NCBI RefSeq assembly: GCF_006345805.1
Contig: NC_043018.1
Span: 28,582,001-28,646,000 of the forward strand
DNA from: Octopus sinensis
Taxonomy: Eukaryota
Direction of reading: 5' to 3'
DNA length: 64,000 bases
Shown here: positions 26,847 to 43,005 of the stretch, one piece after another
How positions within the stretch are numbered: position 1 is the stretch's first letter
Layout of the letters: each line of letters opens with the position of its first letter
Position numbers and translations under genes: made by a program
The notes under the pieces: generated by a model
Databases searched by the model: none
What the model was told of the DNA's origin: nothing
What the model saw: only the letters and a program-made list of their open reading frames with translations

Positions 26847-29137
26847 AATATTCCAAAAGGAGTCCAATGAATTATGTATCAATTAAAAAGTTATGAGGTT
26901 TCTACTTCAGCTCTAGGAAGGACCAAAACCATCTTCCTATTCTCATTTGAATCAAATTTTGCTTTCTTACGGTGAGGGTTGTGAGCTGACAGACCTTTAG
27001 ACACAATATTTCTATGACGTCAGGCGTAGAAGAAATATGTTAACAATACCGATCAATATTCGCAGAGATCAAATTTGAAAATGTTCGACTAGGCAACTTC
27101 TGTTTTATATTCTTATGTTTGCTCAATGATCATTTAGAAATTATGAAATGGCACGCACAAGTAAGACATGTCGAAACACGCACAAAAACAAGTACGAAAT
27201 TCTACTACAGGACATTTGTGCATTCTTGAAAGACATTCAAAGCACGTAATCAATATGTAACCACGTATAACCAGAGATGAAAACATTATTCGTTTGCAAA
27301 AATATTACCTTTTGCTGTAAATGCATAGCAATTAATAAACAATTAATTATTCTTTATAATTTTAGCACAAGCCCATCATTTTAAAAGGAAGGTGGATAAG
27401 CATTTGAAGCCGCGCTAGTATTTAACTGGTTTAACGATCCCGGAGGACTGGAAGACAAAGTTGACCTCTGGTTAAATTTGAACTCAGAATGTAGACAACT
27501 CGAAGGAATTCTACATCTTTTTGTCCAACGCTCTATCGACTCTGCCAGCTCGCCGCCTTGCCGTGAATGCGCTCTTAATAATGGTTAGAGAGCGATAAAA
27601 TCGATTTCATCGAAGGTTATAAAGACAGTGCTCCCGTAAGATGAACTGGGGGTTTTCCAAATTTATTTCGATTTCTTAGGATTTCCTTATCTTTATAAAT
27701 TGCTTCAAAATTGATTTGTGAAATAAGTTCTGTAGGATAATATATAACCAATTTATTTTGAGTGGATATTAGTAGACATTTTGGAATGGTATATTGATCC
27801 AAACCATAAACCTACCGGTCTCCCAAATAACCAATTTAAGTAAATAGCTTTATTTTTTCTTAAACGATATGTTGTTTTTCTGTGTCCGTTTAGAGGTCAA
27901 CTATCTTTTTATACGGCCAGGGCTTAATAATCTATATAAGCTTAATTTAACCAACTGATTTATTTTATCAACAAGGGCTGAATGAATTTAAGGTTAATCT
28001 TGGCGGGAATTGAGCTTAAAATTTTGGGTTTGAGAAAAATAAAAGCTGCAAAGTATTTAGTCAAATTCTTCACAAAGACCCAATATTGTCAACGATTATA
28101 CAAAAGTACGTTATTGCTATTATGTAGCCACAGGTGGGCCTTAATCAGAGACCTATGATGAGATGTGACTCGCGGTGGGCCTAACTCTCTTTTATCACAT
28201 ACATTATTTACTGTGTTCCCCCTTCCATTTTTGAGACTGCAGAATGTGGTTTTGGCGGTTATTATGGTTGCTATTTCTAGCTAGATGTTCGACCGCATTG
28301 TGGCTTCTTTTTCCCTGAGATTAGAAACGAAAAGAGGCAGTATATAGTTTCCACATCGACCGTTGGTATTTCACTGTTATCTCTTTTATGGACTACAGAT
28401 ATACCAGACCAATAGGTCTAATCGTAGGGGTTTTAATCCGGAATGTAAGGGATCTTATTAAAGACATCTAGTCATATAGTCCGGTATGCTACTGGCACTA
28501 CAAAAGTCCGGCTGATTTCACCATTTTTTCACAACGAAATAATAACACAGAAAAAAAATTAAACAAAATAAATGATTAAAAAATTAATAAGTTCGGAATT
28601 AAGTTGAAATTTGCAAGAATACAATTCAAATATTTTTATTGAATTAATTATCTCATAATTATAATTATAATATTTCATTTTAAATTTCATTATCTTTATT
28701 GATATTTTTTATGTTCATTTTTCGTTTCTATTACAATAGGTAAATTAACATATCGGTCACAAGTATTTATTTAGCATTGTATTTTATTTATTATTATTTA
28801 TTTATAATTTTCCAAATACAGTCTAGAATCTCTCACATTGCCATCAGATATATGCTCTCTGGGACGTGGGGAAGGGTCTTTAATTTTTGTCCCTATACAT
28901 TTTGTTTAGAATCAAGAGTAAGTCTTTCAAGGTTTTACTACGTCCTCCACTGGTGTTACAGCGAGCGTTCGACGAGCAGGCAGCTAGGAAAAGAAAGAGA
29001 AACAATGAACAAAAAATATAGAGATATGAAGTAAAGTAAAATTTTTAAAAAAAAGTATTTAATGAAACATTATTTTAAAAGTATCAGTTCCTAAGTGTAT
29101 ATCAAATTTTGTAAGTATGTGAGTGTATATGTGTCAC

Positions 29138-29258
<121 letters not shown>

Positions 29259-29473
29259 GTATATATGTAAAGTATATTCTTCCCTTGATTAATGAGAACA
29301 ACGAAAAACTTATTCAATCCGACGAAAGAGAAATATCATTTACTATGCTCGGGGTTTAAATATTGCCCAATCATACATGGCACGCAATACAAGCACGCCC
29401 GATACTATCGTTATCATGAAATTTACAAGAGCTCAGTTGTGTGAATTAAATTATATATATATACATGTGTGTC

Positions 29474-29525
<52 letters not shown>

Positions 29526-29820
29526 GATAGATAGATAGATAGATAGATAGAGATATAGATATATTCATATATGTATATATGTATATGTACGTATGTATGC
29601 ATGTATATATTTTGGATTAGATGGCCCAGAATAAGTCCGCTGCTGACGAGGGCCTCAGTATGTTCTTCCTACCAATCACGGTCTGATGCGCAGGCTGTGA
29701 ATTTAAGCTTGAGTTCATACTAGTTTTGGTGAGCCTACTCTGCCACACTGGCTCGAGACGTCTTGGTAGAAGGATGCAGTTTTTATACGCATACACGGGA
29801 GTAGTTGAGTCGATTACATC

Positions 29821-30085
29821 TGTCTCCTACGATTTAGATTCCTAACTACTCCCACATTTTGCGGTGCAGTTTAACCAAAACCGGGTATCTTATAGTCGTG
29901 ATTCATATCGAGCCCTTCTGGGTATTAGCGCGCGTCTACGATGAGTCAACGATTTAAAAAAAAATTACCATCATTTGTTTTGCATTTTTAATGCATTTTT
30001 TGCTATTTTTTGGCTATAACTCTCTAAAAATGCTTATATAGTTATTTCCCTTACAAATCCGAGCAACGCCGGGCGATACTGCTAG
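29821..30085 (+). mobile_element. Non-autonomous Helitron, 5'-truncated copy
   Basis: Near-identical to 61745-62105 apart from an internal deletion; ends GCAACGCCGGGCGATACTGCTAG|T. Confidence 0.75.
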
Positions 30086-30299
30086 TATTAAATAAAATCA
30101 TAATTAACTGATCCTTTTGTATTTTCTTTTACCCAAAGCCAGGAACTTTGAGCACCCTCTCTTATATATTTATGTATGTATGTATGTATGTATGTATAGT
30201 AGTACTAATTTATTACAACAAACACATACTCTTATACACTTCTCCACACGTAAAGTAATGATGAACTGTGTAAATAAATAAAACACGAAAATATAATAT

Positions 30300-30530
30300 A
30301 TTTCTTTACTACCCACAAGGGGCTAAACACAGAAGGGACAAAGAAGGACAGACAAAGGGATTAAGTCGATTATATCGACCCCAGTGCGTAACTGGTACTT
30401 AATTTATCGACCCCGAAAGGATGAAAGGTAAAGTCGACCTCGGCGGAATTTGAACTCACAACGTAGCGGCAGACGAAATACGGCTACGCATTTCGCCCGG
30501 CGTGCTAACGTCTCTGCCAGCTCACCGCCT
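30300..30530 (-). mobile_element. SINE family B (other copies at about 13465-13555, 24775-25060, 26120-26320, 27430-27560, 39580-39660, 58320-58550 minus; 23385-23860, 40800-41200 plus)
   Basis: CGACCCCGAAAGGATGAAAGGTAAAGTCGACCTCGGCGGAATTTGAACTC core shared by all listed copies. Confidence 0.8.
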
Positions 30531-30892
30531 TGCGAAAATATAATAATGAAAGAAATCTATGAACGAAGTAAATCAAAGAGAAAAAAGGAAAGAGAGACAA
30601 AGAGTGAGAAAGAGAGAGAAAGAAAATTTCTAAGCAGAAAGTAAAATAAGAGAAATTAATCAAAAATGCTTCCGTAAAAATCCGAAGAGAAGTAGTGTAT
30701 ATCTCTTGACTCCATGATTAAGAGTGTGTGAGTGCATGCGTGTGTCCACGTGTGCGAGTGGTGGTGGTGGTGGGGGCGTGTGTATGCAGTTATATCTATC
30801 GTTTTTATTTCTATCTATCCATCTATCTACCTGTCTACTTGTCTATCTGTGTGTGTGTGTGAGCTTATTTATCTATGTACGTATATGTGTCT

Positions 30893-31218
30893 GTGTGTCT
30901 GTGTGTCTATGGTGGTTGCATTTGTATGTCTATTTGTATTTCTATGGCAGAAAATTTAATCAGTGGCGTATGCTTTTCTCTTAAACTACAGAAATAATAT
31001 ACACGCTTGCTGATAGATAATCTCTGATAATCTCATGCATGTGTACAGTAATGTGAAGAATCAGGAATTGGTAATATGCAAAAGTCTGGGAAACATAATT
31101 GAATGCTGGAATCGGAATTATAAAAGACGAAGGATATTTATTACGACACAAAACTTACGAATCAATCTCAATCCGAAAACTTCGAAGTTGCAAAAGTAAC
31201 AATATTTTATCAAAATAT
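30893..31218 (+). repeat. Left arm of a 326-bp inverted duplication
   Basis: Reverse complement of 37022-37347 with 4 substitutions by manual alignment. Confidence 0.95.
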
Positions 31219-31634
31219 CTATTCAATGTCTCCATATATTTCGATATATGGTAGAATTCTAGACATATTTTTTGCGAAGAATTCCTTATAATTTACATTT
31301 ATCTTAATTGTCCTTTTGCAATTTGCAGTTTTATTGTTTGCAATTTGGCTGCATATCATAAAGGATAAAGGTAGCTTGCGTGGGCGATAGATTCATGGCC
31401 GGTCAAACTATATTTCTTAGGACGGTGGTAATCGTAAAGAACAATCTTAATGGATGTATATACCTATACATTTGCAGTCACACATAGACACATACACAAA
31501 CATATATATTATTATCTGCGAACACATGTATTTATATGATGATACTAATATGTTAGTCATTACCTGGGACAATTCTGGTTAAACATATCTAAGTATATAT
31601 GGGCATCATCAAATTCCACCATTCACTAAATCTC

Positions 31635-32006
31635 TTTTACTCTTTTACTTGTTTCAGTCATTTGACTGCGGCCATGCCGGAACACCGCCCTTAGTCGAGC
31701 AAATCGACCCTAGGACTTATTCGTTGTAAGCCTGGTGCTTATTTTATCCTTCTCTTTTGCCGAACCGCTACGTAACAGGGACGTAAACCCACCAGCATCG
31801 GTTGGGGGGACAAACACAGACATACAAACATATACACACACACACACTCACACACACATATATATAAATATATACGACGGGCTTCTTTCAGTTTCTGTCT
31901 AACAAATACACTCACAAGGCTTTGGTCGGCCCGAGACTATAGTAGAAGGCACTTGCCCGAACCCGGAACCATGTGGTCGGTAAGCAAGCTACTTACCACA
32001 CAGCCA
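31635..32006 (-). mobile_element. SINE family A with internal deletions
   Basis: Reverse-complement homology. Confidence 0.85.
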
Positions 32007-32445
32007 TTTCAAAAGGTTTTCAAGTAATGAATGTATAAATATGCATGTATGTATGCATGTATACACACACACACACATGTTAATAGACACAATATATGTT
32101 CTTGTGGCTACTATTAGTTTCATGCGTGGAGAATAAGCTTGTAAATGCCATGCCGGCATTGTCTGAAGATTGCAATAAGGAACCAGGCGTGTTAAAAATT
32201 ACTGTCCTAGATGCTTTCATCGCATGAAACTAATAGTGACCCATAAAATCATCTGTTTATTAAATAATATTTATCTCTCACTGCATGGAATACATTTTTT
32301 TCTTCACGGGACAGAACACTGTATGTGTGTGTATGTGTATGTATGTATATATGTATGTAAGTATTATGTAGTAAGATGGATGAATATACGTATATATACA
32401 TATATATTCATACATATATATATGTACGTATATATACATATACAT

Positions 32446-32513
<68 letters not shown>

Positions 32514-32654
32514 CCTGCTCGTTTAGCCAGCGGGGTGGCGTCATTTGAAGGCTAAAACAACGCGGAGCGTATTGTGATCAGCGATGTGTAAGAACATCTG
32601 GTAGCCTGGTCGGTCAGGGTGATCATGGTGACATACTTATATATATATATATAT

Positions 32655-32698
<44 letters not shown>

Positions 32699-33354
32699 CG
32701 CGTGAGTGTGTGTATGTATGTATTAATATGTATGTCCTTCTGGACTATTCGTGGGTCAAAGGGGCATGCAATATCAATTATATAGCATTATGTGGATCAC
32801 AGTTATCAACATCATCACCACCATCGTCACCATCATCCTCATCATCATCAACATCATAACCATCATCACCATCCTCCTCCTCTTCTTCATCATCATCATC
32901 ATAATTTGCAACTTCTGAGAATTGTCCCATTTTGGCATTAATATGACATGTAGTTCTCTAAGCATTTATGAATAATTGTCTCCATACTTCCCATCGCCAC
33001 ACTCCCCTCCAACTACGAGAGTGAACAAGCATATGGCTGCCTTCCACTACATACTTGTGTGTCTAATATGCTATTCTCCAAGTACGATGTGTTTAAGAGT
33101 GTATGTCTTTCAATGGATATTTTATTTTCGTAATATTTCGTAGCTTTATTTTGGTTACGTTTTTTTCAATTCAATTCAAACATTGTTTCCTAATCTTTAT
33201 TGAGGCTTCTAAGTAAATTGCAATTTTTCTTTCTTTCTGAATTTAATCAGTAAATTACAATCACACGCATACACATACACAGGTAAATGCACACACATAT
33301 ACGTACATATGTGTTACTGAATATGTATATATTTTATAGCTTTTCATCTATATA

Positions 33355-33403
<49 letters not shown>

Positions 33404-33416
33404 TATATATATGGCC

Positions 33417-33460
<44 letters not shown>

Positions 33461-33499
33461 CATATATATATGTACATTTACATATATTTATATACATAT

Positions 33500-35056
<1,557 letters not shown>

Positions 35057-35094
35057 CAAGAAGAAGAGGAAGGGTTTAGGTCACTAAGCGTATA

Positions 35095-35340
35095 TATATA
35101 TATAATATAAAATCCGTTCTGTCTGTCTGTCTGTCTGTGTATGTGTCTTCTAGGTTCTCGGGCATCCTCCATCCGATTGCGCTCAAATTTGATATGTAGA
35201 TGCCGACGGTATCTGGGCGTGAATAAGTCTTGAAAAACTACCAAAAATCGATTCCAGGAGAGGATGCAATCAATAAAACCGTTTTTGTCCTGCTTTTTTC
35301 CCGTCAACCTGTTCATAACTGCACCTTCCATTTTTTGCAG
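35095..35340 (+). mobile_element. Helentron/HINE (DINE-1-like) element fragment
   Basis: ATATAAAA start, internal (CTGT)n, then the CCGATTGCGCTCAAATTTG core typical of this class. Confidence 0.45.
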
Positions 35341-36590
35341 TTTTTATACTGCTTAAAGGCACGTTTCTTTCCTGCCAAGCTTACTGTTTAAGGTATGCTT
35401 GTGTTCTCCCAGTCAACAGCCTTATCATTACTGGTACTTTAAACTCTTCGGTTGCATATTTATGTGAATATAATCGTTTTTCTTTGGAATAGAAAAAAGT
35501 CTATCTTTATTTCTTCTTTAGCTGGTGTCTCAAATTTAGGTTAAATCAGTGTTTCTCTTTTAATGCACTAGCGCGGAGAAAATATTAAAAGCTACAGATG
35601 AACTTGCTTTAATCCTTTGCCTGTCTAAAGTACGTTCATAAGCTAGTCCTAAACGCCTATGGTTGTTTTCAGACTTAGTTCGCCCTCATTTCATATGTTC
35701 TGAGAAATACAAAACTTTCTTTTCAGAAGATCCAAGTTACTCTGGCGGTTGACAAACAAATCGGATATGTGCATCATATATGATAAACGGACACTAGGGA
35801 GTATGTGACAAATAATTCAGAGGACATGCAAAGAGTATGTTTTATCAATTGCTGCTATAATACCTGCTGAGCCGAATGTCATGTCAGCGAGATTATGCTG
35901 TGGAGTTCAACAGAGAAACAACAGGAAAATCTCACCGGCAGCCACACATTCAACAACGATAAAGAACTTAGACGTTCAACAAGTGAATGAACAGAATGCA
36001 CAAGGGTGCAATTTGAAAAATTGTAGGAGTTAAACCGATCAAAATTTGTTTGGAAAATCTAACAAGACAAGCAATCTCTACTTGATAAATCAAACTTCTT
36101 ACCATTGTCTCTTTTTTAAGTCGATCTTTAAGACATAAAAATTCTGTGTGTGTATATACATGTGTACACACACACACATACATACATACATACATACACA
36201 CTTAAACACACATATATTACTAACTGGTACTCAGTCGGTTGCGACAACAAGGTCGAGCCGCTCAATGGAACAACCTGCTCGTGAAATTAATGTGCAAGTG
36301 GCTGAGTACTCCACAGACACGACTACCCTCAACATAGTTCTCAGGGAGATTGAGCGTGACACAGACTGTGCCAAAGCTGGCCCTTTTGAAATACAAGTAC
36401 AACTGATTTTTGCCAGCTGAAGGAACTGAAACAATGTAAAATAAAGCGTCACTGGTAATCGATCTAACGAACTAACGATCGAGTACCCAGTACCTATAAC
36501 CACTAAGCCACGTGCCTTCACATACATACATATATGTATGTATGTATATATGTGTCTGTGTATATGTATACATATATGTATACATCTGTG

Positions 36591-37020
36591 GGATCTTTTC
36601 GGTTTGAACGGCAGTTTTTCTAACGGTGTCATATGAAATTGTCACCCATAATTAAGACACTAGTATCGATCTATTGCATTTCAATCTAATTTAGGGTTTG
36701 GGTTGGAGTTAGGGTTAGGTTTAGGGGTGGAGGAAGGGTATCTTTTTTTCCTCAGAAATGTAAATAAACCCAATCTGTTACTTAAACGAGGGATATATTC
36801 ATACGGCACAGAATGTTTTCACTTCAATAGACGTAATTGATTGGTTGAAATTGCAGAAATTGAAGAAACAAAACCACAAATATCCTACAAACTATAGAAT
36901 TTTCTCAATAAAGCCAAGAAGAAAAAGATGTTTTATAAACACATTCTACCAGTATACGAAGTTTAAAATTTTTTAGTTACCTAGAAATTATGTTAAAAAC
37001 TGCCGTTCAAACCGAAAAGA
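36591..37020. mobile_element. hAT-type MITE, copy 2 (opposite orientation; right TIR lacks its last 3 nt; no TSD)
   Basis: Same TIR and interior as copy 1, reverse-complemented. Left flank CATCTGTG is not repeated on the right. Confidence 0.9.
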
Positions 37021-37021
37021 A

Positions 37022-37347
37022 ATATTTTGATAAAATATTGGCACTTTTGCAACTTCGAAGTTTGCGGATTGAGATTGATTCGTAAGTTTTGTGTCGTAAT
37101 AAATATCCTTCGTCTTTTATAATTCCGATTCCAGCATTCAATTATGTTTCCCAGACTTTTGCATATTACCAATTCCTGATTCTTCACATTGCTGTACACA
37201 TGCATGAGATTATCAGAGATTATCTATCAGCAAGCGTGTATATTATTTCTGTAGTTTAAGAGAAAAGCATACGCCACTGATTAAATTTTCTGCCATAGAA
37301 ATACAAATAGACATACAAATGCAACCACCATAGACACACAGACACAC
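37022..37347 (-). repeat. Right arm of the 326-bp inverted duplication
   Basis: See left arm; its inner end directly abuts hAT MITE copy 2. Confidence 0.95.
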
Positions 37348-38384
37348 ATATGTGTGAGTGTGTGTGTGTGTACCTGCTGCCTATTTGGGTAGGCAGAGCC
37401 GTAGGAAATTGTTCTTAGTCATAAAAGCAACAGAGGATCACTTCAATTTCTTGTTGTCTGCTACGTTATCGCTTCTGTTATTTACTCGTACATCTCAAAA
37501 TTTCTGGTTAGGAATTATAATTATTTTTTGTCTAAATACTTCGTGTTTAATATTATCAAAAATTCAGTTCACAAGTAATTTCGTGTCGAATCAAATATAC
37601 TTCGAAACATCGTGTCTTCCCCAACACCTCTCTTCATGTTATTTTTTATAATGACAATAATTTTCAATATGGATTCTTCATGACGAAGAGAGGCTTAATA
37701 TCCTCATGTTAATTCCCGTTGAAAGTTTGATTTTTATACATTTTATTAATCACTGATTGCAGTTTATAATTCAATCAATTCATCTTATTGATCATTATAA
37801 ACTTTTTTTTTTCAAAAATATCAATCGGTAATAGTAAATTGAATAAAGGTTTTCGCATTTAATCGTTTAATTCTTTTTTATTTACATCATTACCGATAAA
37901 GAGTTAGTATCATAGCATCTAAAAACCGATAGTGTACTATCAAACGGGCCGATAGATAAGTGGTTCAAATCCTAGACGGCACAAAATACGTGTAACTCAA
38001 GAATGAAGGCCACTTCTGTCAACGTAAGTGCCCCATGATGATAAATTTACAACCGCACAAATTCCCAACTTTGCTAGAAATGAGGACTATCCCTTAAGTT
38101 GCTCGTATTAGTTCGATTTGCATTTTAATTATAAAAACCAGTAGGAAGATATTGATTCGCACGTGTAGAGTGTCGAGGTAACGAAATTACGTTTTGTGAA
38201 CAATTAAGGCCTAATAGGATAAAGAAAAACTTATCAAGTAGAGATTTAATGACACAGACTCACACCTCATTCAAACTTGCTTCATTTCAGCGCATTGTAC
38301 AAATAAATTTTGCTGTGTCTGGGGAGGGTCATACTGCCTTAATGCCTTAATATGTAACACATTTATCAGTTCAGTTTCCACTCA

Positions 38385-38441
<57 letters not shown>

Positions 38442-38982
38442 GAGTGAGAGAGCAATTCATGCCATCAAAATGACACTGGGGTAAAATATACGAAGCCCAA
38501 TGACTACCCATCATGACTACCCGTCTGATAAGGGTACACCAGGTACATGCATCACAACCATATGTACGCGACATGGTGATCTCATATCAAGATAAACAGC
38601 ACATGACCTTGCAGGTGGGGCCCAGTTAGAATTTTCTTCAGGCTGAGTAGCCCATCCCGCTCAAAGGGTCCTTGAATAAGGGTTGTTTAAGGATGTTGAA
38701 AGAACCACCCATGTTTCCATAGGTGAATTATTCAAACCCCAAAGAATCCCTCTCAACACATGGCTATGATGCTCCCCCACTACTTCTGCTCGTGATCAGA
38801 GATGCACATATCGTCAGCCACTAAGGGACATGCTCAACTGGTTAAGGTCAAACAACTGACAAGCAAATCTGTGGTATTGAGCAGAATATTTGCTGTAGCC
38901 CATCTTTTATACCAAGACAAAACAATGTACATGATAACACCTCCAATCAGTTAAGATCAGAAGCCATGAGAGCCACTGCCTG

Positions 38983-38985
<3 letters not shown>
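38442..38985 (-). mobile_element. Non-coding interspersed element of about 550 bp embedded in (TAA)n
   Basis: Flanked by (TTA)n at 38390-38441 and 38986-39020; homologous in reverse to 14969-15242 and 15292-15700. Confidence 0.8.
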
Positions 38986-39050
<65 letters not shown>

Positions 39051-39052
<2 letters not shown>

Positions 39053-39430
39053 AGACGGCGAACTGGCACAATCTTTAGTACGCTTAGCGGTATTTCGTCC
39101 GTCGCCACGTTCTGAGTTCAAATTCCGCCGAGGTCAACTTTGCCTTTCATCCTTTCGGGGTCGATTAAATAAGTACCAGTTACGCACTGGGATCGATGTA
39201 ATCGACCTAATCCGTTTGTCTGTCCTTGTTTGTCCTCTCTGTGTTTAGCCACTTGTGGGTAGTAAAGAAATAGGTATTTCGTCCGTCGCTACGTTCTGAG
39301 TTCAAATTCCGCCGAGGTCGACTTTGCCTGTCATCCCTTTCGGGGTCAATAAAATAAGTACCAGTTTAACACTGGATGGTCGATGTAATCGACTCACCCC
39401 TCCCCCAAAATGGTTGCCCTTATGGCAAAA
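39051..39430 (+). mobile_element. SINE family B, tandem units
   Basis: Same body as 12724-13250, repeated twice. Confidence 0.85.
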
Positions 39431-40060
39431 TCTGAGAACATCATTTTTTTTTCATTGTTTTTGCAACCTTATCTTTGGATGGTGACAGATACGAGAATGA
39501 AGTACAAATTAATCCTATTAATATTCTTTCTAATGTGGATAGAAGATTAGACACTTTAATCCAATACATCAACTGTAGTGTTCGACCAGTACTTATTTTA
39601 TCGAACTTAAAAAAGATGAAAGGCAAGGTCAACCTCGGAGGGATTTGAACTCAGAACTCAAATTTTGTATTACATTTGGTAATAATGCTACCAGCGCACC
39701 GAATTTATATCAATAAAAGGTGATTTCCTTCGTTGTTCCTGTTATACGCACTGTTGTTTATATCTTTGTTATCTCATGCATGTGTATGTGCGTGACTGTA
39801 TGTATGTATACACATGCAGAAAGATATATATATATATATATATGTGCGTGTGTGTGTGTATGTGTGTGTGTGTGTGTGTGTGTATGTGTGTGTGTGTGTG
39901 TTAGTGGTTGAGCAAAAGAGTCCGATAAAATAAGCACCAGTTTTACAATGAATAAGTCCTGGGATCGATTTGCTCGACTAAAGGCGGTGCTCCAGCATGG
40001 CCACAGTCAAATGACTGAAACAAGTAAAATAGTAAAAGAGTGTGTTTCTGTGTTTCTGTG

Positions 40061-40097
<37 letters not shown>

Positions 40098-40108
40098 GTG
40101 TGTGTGTA

Positions 40109-40148
<40 letters not shown>

Positions 40149-41844
40149 AGAATGACAGATGGATAGATTGCTAGATAAACCGACCGATAAACAGACAGGT
40201 AGATTAATAGATATACACACACAGACTCACACTCACGTGCACACAAGCATACGCACTTATTCTAGTTTCTTAATGAAAGCTGATTAGAACATTCAGTAAT
40301 GGAGATTGGATTTCGTTGAACTCATTTCTCGTCTCTATTTGCGACTCGAGTTTCAGTCACTTCGAACTTCAGACAAAATGACTTCTCGATTGAACCTCGT
40401 TTTGACGGGAATATTTCGTCACACACATACACACACATACACACACACACACAGATATAAACACACATAAACACAGAGACACATTTATTGTGCACGTGTG
40501 TCTTGTTCGTACGTGTGTGCGAGCCCGAATGTGGGCGTGTTGTGCTAACACAAAGTAAATATCAAGAACAAAAAATATAAAAAATGTGAGCCAGAATATT
40601 AGAGGAATTGAGCAACGTTGGAATGTGTGTTAAACTCTTTTATTTATCTATACTTGATTCAATTCAATCCAGGTCAATGCCTTTTACCACGTATCTTGTT
40701 CTTTGAATTCTACAATGAAAGTAAACAACCGCACCGTTCCCATGAGATATAGTTGCTGTTCTATATGGTATTCTCAAAGGAACTGGATTATTTATTAACT
40801 TAGGTAAGGCACAAGGCGGACAAAGTGCTAAGCAGCGTTTCGTCCGTTTTTTTCCTTCTGAGTTTAAATTCTACCAAGGTCGTCTTTGCTTTTCATCCAT
40901 CTGAGGTTGATAAAATAAGTACCAGTTGTGCAGTGGGATTGATCTAATCGATTATCACCCATCCCAAAATTGCGGGCCTTCTGCCAAAATTTTAAACCAA
41001 TATCAAGTATGACAGCGAGCTGGCACAATGGTTACCGCGCCGGATAATATGCTTTGTGGCATTTTGTCCGTCTTTACCTTCTGATTCGAAATTCCACCGA
41101 GGTCTACCTTGCCTTTGACCCCTTAGGGGTCTATAAAATAATTTGAGCACTGAAGTCAATGTAATCGGCTTGCCTGCTACCCCTTGTGCCAAAATTTGAA
41201 ACCAATATTAATACTAACTAGTAGTCATTTTATGGTTGCTATTTACTTACGTTAATATAATCCCGGGGAGCATGGAGTCTAGGGTTACAGTCCAATAAGT
41301 GCTATGTGATTTTATAAATTACATGATACTTCCTTTCATTTCCTCATGTAACAGTCCGCTTTAGTTTTGTCTCTATAACTTTCATGAATTACCTAACAAT
41401 GTTGTTTTAATGGTGGAGTTGTGACGTTAAAAATTATCACGTCTATTGCAATTAAAGGTGTTTTCTTTTTTAATGCTACTTAACTTGTTGCAATCCATAT
41501 TAAACGAAGCTTATTTATACCATAATGAGGCTGAAAATATGTATTGCTCTCTTGTGGGTTTATTGGGTGTCATTTTGATAACCGATGGAGTAGAGGACAC
41601 AATGTCTTCTGGCATTTTGTATCTTCCCTCTAATTGAAGCTGCATGGACTAGTGGTTAGGGTTCCGCACTCGCGTTTCGCAGATCATGGTTTTGGATCCA
41701 GGATCGGGCGGTGCGTGGTGTCCATCAGCAAAACACTTCGCTTCAGATTACTTCGGCTCACTCAACTGAAAATGAATTCCAGCAATGTTTGGGAATTGAC
41801 CCAACAACGGACCGGCGCTCGCTTTAGGAGCGAGTTTCTTTTTT

Positions 41845-42235
41845 CTTTTCTTTTACTTGTTTCAGTCATTTGACTACGGCCATGCTGGAGCACCGCCTTT
41901 AATCGAGCAACTCGACCCCGGGACTTATTCTTTTGTAAGCCCAGTACTTATTCTATCGGTCTCTTTTGCCGAACCGCTAGATAACGGGGACATAAACACA
42001 CCAGCATCGGTTGTCAAGCAATGCTAGGAGGACAAACACAGACACAAACACACACACGCATATATATATATATATATATATACATATATACGACGGGCTT
42101 CTTTCAGTTTCCGTCTACCAAATCCACTCACAAGGCTTTGGTCGGCCCGAGGCTATAGTAGAAGACACTTGCCCAAGGTGCCACGCAGTGGGACTGAACC
42201 CGGAACCATGTGGTTGTTAAACAAGCTACCTACCA
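41845..42235 (-). mobile_element. SINE family A
   Basis: Reverse-complement homology, young copy. Confidence 0.9.
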
Positions 42236-42683
42236 CTAGGCCTATCGAAAACGAATTATCACAGATCTCTCGATGTTTCCGAATTCATGTGGTCTTCAGA
42301 GTTATTTGGCGTTGTGAAATGGAAGTGGTGACATTCTAGAGGAAGCAAAATAGTTTCAATCTGGAATTGAAAATAATGAGTAGAACAACGCAGAATAACG
42401 TAAACCGACCAGCGCCGGTTGTCGAGCGATGTGGGAGCCAAACACAAACGCACAAAGATTTATACACACATACCTACATTATATAATTATATACATAAAT
42501 TATGAATGCATACATATCTACACATATGTATGTGCCAAATGTATATTATACAGTGGGCACAACAATATTCTCAGACTGTTGTAAAATGGTATAATATCCG
42601 CACACACACAGTGGAGAAGGGCAGGCCCCAAATATTACATATAGAACATATAATACATATATATCTGTGTGGATATATTTGTA

Positions 42684-42715
<32 letters not shown>

Positions 42716-43005
42716 AACATAATAATTTTGCTATAATGAAGAAAGTTGCTTCTTAATTACTATAGGTATGGAGCATTTAATAAAAGAAAGCAATTATTAA
42801 ATTCAACACCACCTGGAAAGTTCTTATAAATTCCAATTTTAATAGGTCTTTTTTATAAAATGTGATTTTTAAAGTCCTTTTACGATTTTACGTCAGGATT
42901 CACGATTCAATGACCAGGCTGATTTTTATGCACTGCCATATAGTTAACTTCCGCAGATAAAACAAATAAACCGAAGAAAGAATGATTATATGATTGTATA
43001 CTTAC

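Noticed and set aside
27015-27022. Palindromic CRE TGACGTCA
   Set aside because: A single 8-mer deep in a 39-kb intron is expected by chance; no supporting context.
27600-27830. 61-aa minus ORF faintly like a Penelope RT N-terminus
   Set aside because: No diagnostic RT or GIY-YIG motif visible; cannot be supported without a profile search.
32915-32940. Plus-strand NCPI tetrapeptide
   Set aside because: Wrong strand for the gene; context SENCPILA lacks Cys1 and GGKR.
42250-42310. Minus-strand CUGAAGA...GAAA
   Set aside because: Stem II is 1 bp, position 17 is G and stem I is poor; one or two such hits are expected by chance in 128 kb of strand sequence.
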